A program made the position numbers and the translations under genes. This document shows, piece after piece, positions 59,130 through 64,000 of a stretch of DNA of 64,000 bases (position 1 is its first letter; every line of letters starts with the position of its first letter). This stretch comes from Candidatus Thorarchaeota archaeon (GTDB lineage: Archaea > Asgardarchaeota > Thorarchaeia > Thorarchaeales > Thorarchaeaceae): positions 103,041 to 167,040 of the forward strand of contig JAWOEX010000021.1 in assembly GCA_046482545.1 (NCBI GenBank). Reading direction: 5' to 3'. Below the pieces are notes generated by a model that saw only the letters and a program-made list of their open reading frames with translations, had not been told where the DNA came from and did no database searches.

Positions 59130-60065
59130 TCATAATATGATGCCGTAAAGCGGAATGATAACAAAGGCAACCAGACCGATAAGCGCTCCAACTTTATCTA
59201 ATGTGCTACCAATAAGGAGACGGCGATCATTACTTGGACCAGTAAGAGGTGTGGTTGCTGCACCAGTAACAACTGCAGCCCCGGCTATGAGGAGGAGCCA
59301 TAAATCCCAACTGGCAAATCCTAAGAACCATATCAGAGAATAGCACACAACCCCGATCATATTCAACACTGCAGCTACTCCAGCAGCTACCTTGTACCCA
59401 TAAACACGGGCCACCGTTCTGACATCTCTGAGCTTGTCGCCCTCTACATCTTCCGAGCCTTTGATAGTCTCTCGAGCTTGAAGAATCATGAAAGCAGTAA
59501 GGAAGAATAGCCACGAAGGAATTGGTATGAAAAGATGTCCTATGGCTTCGCCATAGACGAACGAACCATAGATGATACCAAAAGCAAAGGAAAACGCCAC
59601 CATGAAATTGCCTGCAAGACCAAGCTCCTTCACCTTAGAAGCATAAGCGTAGCCGACAATCTGGAAAACGATTACGATAAGAGTGCCAAGAGGGCCATTC
59701 AGCCAGGCAAAAACAATGCCAAGCAAACCGAGAAAGACAACATACGCCCAAGCTTGTCGGATGGTCATTCGCTTGCTCGGGAGCACTCTTTCAGGCCGAT
59801 TTATTCTGTCAACTTCTACGTCAAAGATATCATTGATTACATTCCCTGCCGCTGCCACAAAGAAGTAAGTCAGGTAGCCGAAGAGAAATGTATCTGCAAA
59901 TGAGATAAGGGGGGAATAAACAGGCATTGATTTGTAACCCATAGCGATACCTGCTAGAACGGTTAAGCCACCAATGAGACAGTTCTGTGGACGAATAATC
60001 GAGATTAGAGCAATGGGGTCGAATCGGTTTGTTGAATCTGATTCGGTGATGTCATCCTCGGACAT
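59130..60065 (-). CDS. UbiA-family prenyltransferase
   Basis: NDIFDVEVDRINRPERVLPS is the Asp-rich motif. Confidence 0.75.
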   Translation of the reverse strand: MSEDDITESDSTNRFDPIALISIIRPQNCLIGGLTVLAGIAMGYKSMPVYSPLISFADTFLFGYLTYFFVAAAGNVINDIFDVEVDRINRPERVLPSKRMTIRQAWAYVVFLGLLGIVFAWLNGPLGTLIVIVFQIVGYAYASKVKELGLAGNFMVAFSFAFGIIYGSFVYGEAIGHLFIPIPSWLFFLTAFMILQARETIKGSEDVEGDKLRDVRTVARVYGYKVAAGVAAVLNMIGVVCYSLIWFLGFASWDLWLLLIAGAAVVTGAATTPLTGPSNDRRLLIGSTLDKVGALIGLVAFVIIPLYGIIL

Positions 60066-60175
60066 AGCTAACTAGTTCTCCACAAATAGCCCGAACTTGA
60101 GTTCCGATTAAAGCTTATCGGCAGGAAGTCTCCCAAAGAGTTTTCTTCAACAGATTCATATCTCTACTGGACGTA

Positions 60176-61180
60176 CTATTCCCCGAGACCTTGAATTAAC
60201 TTCTTTCCCATATCTGTCAGCGATATTAGACCTTCCTGGAGAAGAGCCGTTAATCGTTCCAAATTGATGCTATCGCCAATTGATTGCCCCAGCCTCAGCA
60301 AGCCAATCTGATTCATCTCAAATAATAGCTGTATCAGCGCTCCTAATCTGTAAATTCCAAGGATGCCAACGCATTTTGTAAGCGCTCGCTTCACTCCCTC
60401 AACAACACCTTTTCGAGGGTCATCATATTCGTTTAATGCAGACTCTATCTCTAGAAAAGTACAACACATCGTCTTGCTGTTCTCATCAGGCGATTCCAGA
60501 AAATGACCAGGTGTCTCAAGCAGGAAAGGATTAGCCATATACTTTCGAATCTTGAATCGGGTAGATTCATCCGGTATTGAGTACCACGCATCTAAATGCT
60601 GATCCGAGAGTGGCTTGACCTCCAGACTAGAATCTGCATTAGAAGGACGCAATTGGGGTGCAGGTAAGAAAGAATGCCAGCCCGGAATCATCCGCAGGCC
60701 AGGACCATCCGTTTTGGAATGCCCTAACTCAAGGCGGCGTGCACAGTAATGCACGAGGTCATAGACAGCGTGCCTTCTTCTGCCGCCAAGATATACGAAT
60801 ATCGGTTCGTAATCAGCTTCATGGGCTGGGACTGCTTGATAGTCGTATACATATACATACTGTAAACAAGTACCTCCTCGCGGTCCCGGGAGATGCAGAA
60901 CCCGTCCAAAAACACCAATGAACTCCGTTGACTTCAGAGCCTCCACAGTGGACTTGGGTATTACTTCTCCAAGTGTCTTAACCAGATTTTGGTCACCAGT
61001 GGCAACGCCCTGCGTCAGAGGAAGGTGTTCTTGGAGAAGGTCTTGGTCATACTTCGCGTTGATACCGACTTCATGATTGTTGAAAGCCATCTTGTGCCGT
61101 TTGGGTTTCACTCGGAGGTACTCTCCAAATCGCTTCTCGACCATCTTTGTCATTTCCTGTCTAAATGGAACACTCAGCAA
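60176..61180 (-). CDS. Hypothetical protein
   Basis: ORF only. Confidence 0.4.
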   Translation of the reverse strand: MLSVPFRQEMTKMVEKRFGEYLRVKPKRHKMAFNNHEVGINAKYDQDLLQEHLPLTQGVATGDQNLVKTLGEVIPKSTVEALKSTEFIGVFGRVLHLPGPRGGTCLQYVYVYDYQAVPAHEADYEPIFVYLGGRRRHAVYDLVHYCARRLELGHSKTDGPGLRMIPGWHSFLPAPQLRPSNADSSLEVKPLSDQHLDAWYSIPDESTRFKIRKYMANPFLLETPGHFLESPDENSKTMCCTFLEIESALNEYDDPRKGVVEGVKRALTKCVGILGIYRLGALIQLLFEMNQIGLLRLGQSIGDSINLERLTALLQEGLISLTDMGKKLIQGLGE

Positions 61181-61239
61181 ATCACCTCACCCAATGACTC
61201 TTATGAGGGTTCGCTAGAAATTTCAAAGTAGGTGGACTC

Positions 61240-61752
61240 ATGAAAAGCTTTGAAGACCTCCCTAAGAGCGAGCTCCTCAAGATCATTGATGCTTATGCAA
61301 AGGCTTGGCAAGCAATGGACGGAGCTTATTTTCTAGCACTAGAAGACAAGTACGGAATGGATACAGCAATTGAAATGGACAAAGAAGCATGGAAGATATT
61401 CTCACCTATCGAAGCAAAACGTATTATGAGAGAATTTGATGTTAAACAGAACGGCGGACTTGAATCTCTGAAAAAGGCTCTGGACTACCGTGTATATGCA
61501 CGACTTAACAAACAATCTTCCGAGTTCACTGATGAGAACACGCTTCTTTTCAAAATGCACGAGTGCCGAGTCCAAGTAGCACGCAAACGGAAGAACCTGC
61601 CTGAATTTCCCTGCAAACAAGTCGGCATAATTGAATACAGTTACTTTGCAGAAACAATAGATCCTCGCATTCAAACCCGTTGCATTGCCTGTCCACCGGA
61701 TGAACACCCCGATGATTGGTACTGTGCCTGGGAATTCACCTTGGAAGAGTGA
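61240..61752 (+). CDS. Hypothetical Cys-rich protein (paralog of 49079..49582)
   Basis: Shared C-terminal Cys pattern. Confidence 0.45.
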   Translation: MKSFEDLPKSELLKIIDAYAKAWQAMDGAYFLALEDKYGMDTAIEMDKEAWKIFSPIEAKRIMREFDVKQNGGLESLKKALDYRVYARLNKQSSEFTDENTLLFKMHECRVQVARKRKNLPEFPCKQVGIIEYSYFAETIDPRIQTRCIACPPDEHPDDWYCAWEFTLEE

Positions 61753-62594
61753 TAGCGCTGCCTAGAATACGGTTCGGTCCTGCAGGCTATCCAAATGATG
61801 CCAACGGGAAACTCGATGAGGTTTTCCGAATCCTCTCAGAAGGAAATCTGAGCGCGCTCGAATATGCAGCTACCTATGGGCTGAGAATCGGTGAAAAGAA
61901 GGCTCAGAAGCTCGCCAGCTTGGCCAATCAGCATGACATAGCAATGAGCATGCACGGAGCATACTACATCAATCTCGCATCGAAGAAAGAGAAGACGCGG
62001 AAACGATCAAAAGCCCGACTCGTGAAGGCTCTACGATTTGCACCCCTTATGGGCGTAAAACGAATAGTCTTTCATCCAGGAACCTACGGTGGACTAGCAC
62101 CCGAAGAAGCTTTTCTCGTCATTCGTGATGCGATGAGAGAAGCAATAGAAGAAGCAGGACAAGAATCTGGAGATGCTGTACTAGCGCCAGAGGTTGCCGG
62201 GAAGAAGAACATGTTTGGTTCTCCGGGGCAAATCATAAGACTTTGTCAAGAAGTGAGTACCACGATTCCATGCATTGACTGGGCCCACCTATACGCCCGA
62301 ACCGGTGGTAACATAGGAGACAAAGACAGCTATTCCCAAGTACTGGATATTTTTGAAGATGCTCTTGGGAATACTTTCACCGACAATATGCATTTTCATG
62401 TCAGTAGTATTATCTTCAACCAAAATGGGGAAAAAGCACATAGACCGCTTGGTGCTGAGTGGGGTCCAGACATATTACCATTGATAGAGCTAGTGCTGGA
62501 GAACGGTTACAAGCCGACTTTCATATCGGAGACGCCCACCCCAATCAGGGGAGCGTTATATACAAAGATACTTTGCGATAAACTGAGTGAGTAA
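61716..62594 (+). CDS. nfo: Endonuclease IV (xylose-isomerase-like TIM barrel)
   Basis: MSMHGAYYINLAS, VFHPG, LAPEVAGKKN and IDWAHLYA resemble Endo IV metal-ligand blocks. Confidence 0.6.
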   Translation: MVLCLGIHLGRVIALPRIRFGPAGYPNDANGKLDEVFRILSEGNLSALEYAATYGLRIGEKKAQKLASLANQHDIAMSMHGAYYINLASKKEKTRKRSKARLVKALRFAPLMGVKRIVFHPGTYGGLAPEEAFLVIRDAMREAIEEAGQESGDAVLAPEVAGKKNMFGSPGQIIRLCQEVSTTIPCIDWAHLYARTGGNIGDKDSYSQVLDIFEDALGNTFTDNMHFHVSSIIFNQNGEKAHRPLGAEWGPDILPLIELVLENGYKPTFISETPTPIRGALYTKILCDKLSE

Positions 62595-63942
62595 AAAAAT
62601 GACTGAATACGCCTTTGTCCTCGGTAAGAATTGGACGCTTTCAATTGCAGAGCTTTTGGAATATCTGACTGACAGGGGAATCGATTATGACATTGTAGAC
62701 TATTCACGAACCTCCATCGTACTCGACCTTCACAGATATTTTGAACCCCGTGATCTTGGTGATATTCAGGAGGCCTTGGGTGGATGCTACAAAATCGGAA
62801 AAGTAGTATCCAGATTCAACAAGGATTTAGCAGTCAGGGCGTTCCCGGCAAAGGGGAATATTCACAGAGATGCAAGAGGAAGGCTGCGTGAATGTCCGTG
62901 GGTCGATAGAATATGGGACAGGGTTAGGGGCAAGAAAATCAAGTTTGGTTTCAGCACATATCCATTGGTGAACTATGAAAGTAAAATAGACCTGAAGAAG
63001 CTCACGCTAGGTCTCGATGAATGGACCAAAAGAAAGTTGACTGAGAGTGGAGCGAGAAGGGCGATCTATTACGCATACGATGAATCTAATCCCGATGACC
63101 CAGATGCACCTAATATGGCATTATGGCCTCAGACTGTTGCTGAACAGGAACTATACAAACCACCGAATTCAGAGATACTCGTTCTTCTTACGACGAACAG
63201 AATGTACATTGCGAATACGATTGTGCTCTACGACTCGATGCTTCAGAAGTACCGCGATGAATCTCGCCCGTATGTTGCAGCCGAAATTAGCACGAGTCCA
63301 AAAATCTGTAGGACTTTGCTGAATCTTGCAGGAGCTCGCAGGGGAGATACCGTACTCGATCCGTTTTGTGGAACCGGTACACTGCTCATGGAGGCGGCCC
63401 TGCTAGGAATGCATGTTATAGGAATTGACTTGGATGGGAACACAGCACAAGGGGCACGATCGAATCTTCAATGGCTTGAGAGAGACTTGGATGAAAAGAT
63501 TGAGTATAGGATAATCAGGGGGGACGCCCGAAAAGCCGATAGATTGATTCAAGAGACGATTGATGCAGTAGCTTTTGAACCAGAGCTCGGACCAGTTTTC
63601 GATAACCCACCACAACCAAAGAAAGCAAAATCCATCATCAGTGACCTCACCAAGCTCTATACACAGACACTCAATGCAGTAGCAATGAGACTGAGACCTA
63701 GTGGGCGCGTTGGAATGACATTGCCAGTTATCAATGCCGTAGGCAACCAAGTGAACGTGGATGTCTATAAGATGACAGAAGGAACACCTTTTAGCGTTAA
63801 GAAAATGCTGAGACGAAGCCAGCTTGGCAGCCAAGAGAAAATCGACGAGCGTGTTAAGCTGTATCCGAACAGAGAGACACTGCCAGAGCGTAAAAGGGGG
63901 CAGGTAGTTCAGCGCGATGTGTTGATGCTCAGCAAAGACTAG
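62587..63942 (+). CDS. THUMP-domain RNA methyltransferase (Trm-G10/Trm11-like m2G MTase)
   Basis: SAM motif LDPFCGTGTLLMEAALLGMHVIGIDLD with an N-terminal THUMP-like region. Confidence 0.5.
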   Translation: MSKKMTEYAFVLGKNWTLSIAELLEYLTDRGIDYDIVDYSRTSIVLDLHRYFEPRDLGDIQEALGGCYKIGKVVSRFNKDLAVRAFPAKGNIHRDARGRLRECPWVDRIWDRVRGKKIKFGFSTYPLVNYESKIDLKKLTLGLDEWTKRKLTESGARRAIYYAYDESNPDDPDAPNMALWPQTVAEQELYKPPNSEILVLLTTNRMYIANTIVLYDSMLQKYRDESRPYVAAEISTSPKICRTLLNLAGARRGDTVLDPFCGTGTLLMEAALLGMHVIGIDLDGNTAQGARSNLQWLERDLDEKIEYRIIRGDARKADRLIQETIDAVAFEPELGPVFDNPPQPKKAKSIISDLTKLYTQTLNAVAMRLRPSGRVGMTLPVINAVGNQVNVDVYKMTEGTPFSVKKMLRRSQLGSQEKIDERVKLYPNRETLPERKRGQVVQRDVLMLSKD

Positions 63943-64000
63943 AAAAGGTATCTGATGACATCGTCAACTATGGCGTAAGTCTCCAGCCGGTCCAAATCTC

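Noticed and set aside
1-64000. CRISPR arrays, rRNA operons, integrases/transposases
   Set aside because: No regularly spaced direct repeats of 24-40 nt, no rRNA-like stretches, and no integrase/transposase motifs were seen in any ORF translation.

Overview
Archaeal chromosomal segment of about 64 kb that looks Asgard/TACK-like. Supporting this: eukaryote/archaea-type ribosomal proteins S26e and L13e, aIF5A, archaeal class-I CCA-adding enzyme, Nob1, a Rab/Ras-like small GTPase, multiple Roadblock/LC7 and V4R proteins, and an intron-containing tRNA. I call about 80 coding regions, two tRNAs (tRNA-Leu CAG, and a tRNA-His GUG carrying a non-canonical D-loop intron) and one fragmented MBL-fold pseudogene. 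Housekeeping genes include myo-inositol-1-phosphate synthase, CDP-alcohol phosphatidyltransferase, class-I LysRS, glutamine synthetase, NAD kinase, TrmY, an HDAC-family enzyme, MfnA, endonuclease IV and a UbiA prenyltransferase. A nickel/cobalt island is present: nikR divergent from cbiM/N/Q/O ECF transporter genes, with a HypB GTPase operon 7 kb away. Three ABC transporter loci are present. The most system-like unexplained region is 22.7-28.7 kb. It holds a duplicated two-gene cassette: a long Roadblock/LC7 protein with a C-terminal Cys-containing wHTH-like domain, plus V4R-domain proteins. It is bracketed by a membrane-anchored dual-wHTH (ArsR-like) regulator and small membrane proteins. Two families of conserved non-annotated elements recur at two loci (48.8-49.9 kb and 56.5-56.9 kb), both next to nickel-related genes. 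One is about 265 nt and embeds a 25-28 codon ORF whose inter-copy substitutions are biased to synonymous sites. The other is about 75-95 nt. No CRISPR array, rRNA or obvious mobile element was found. All calls come from reading the sequence and ORF translations without database searches, and coordinates of true starts are approximate.
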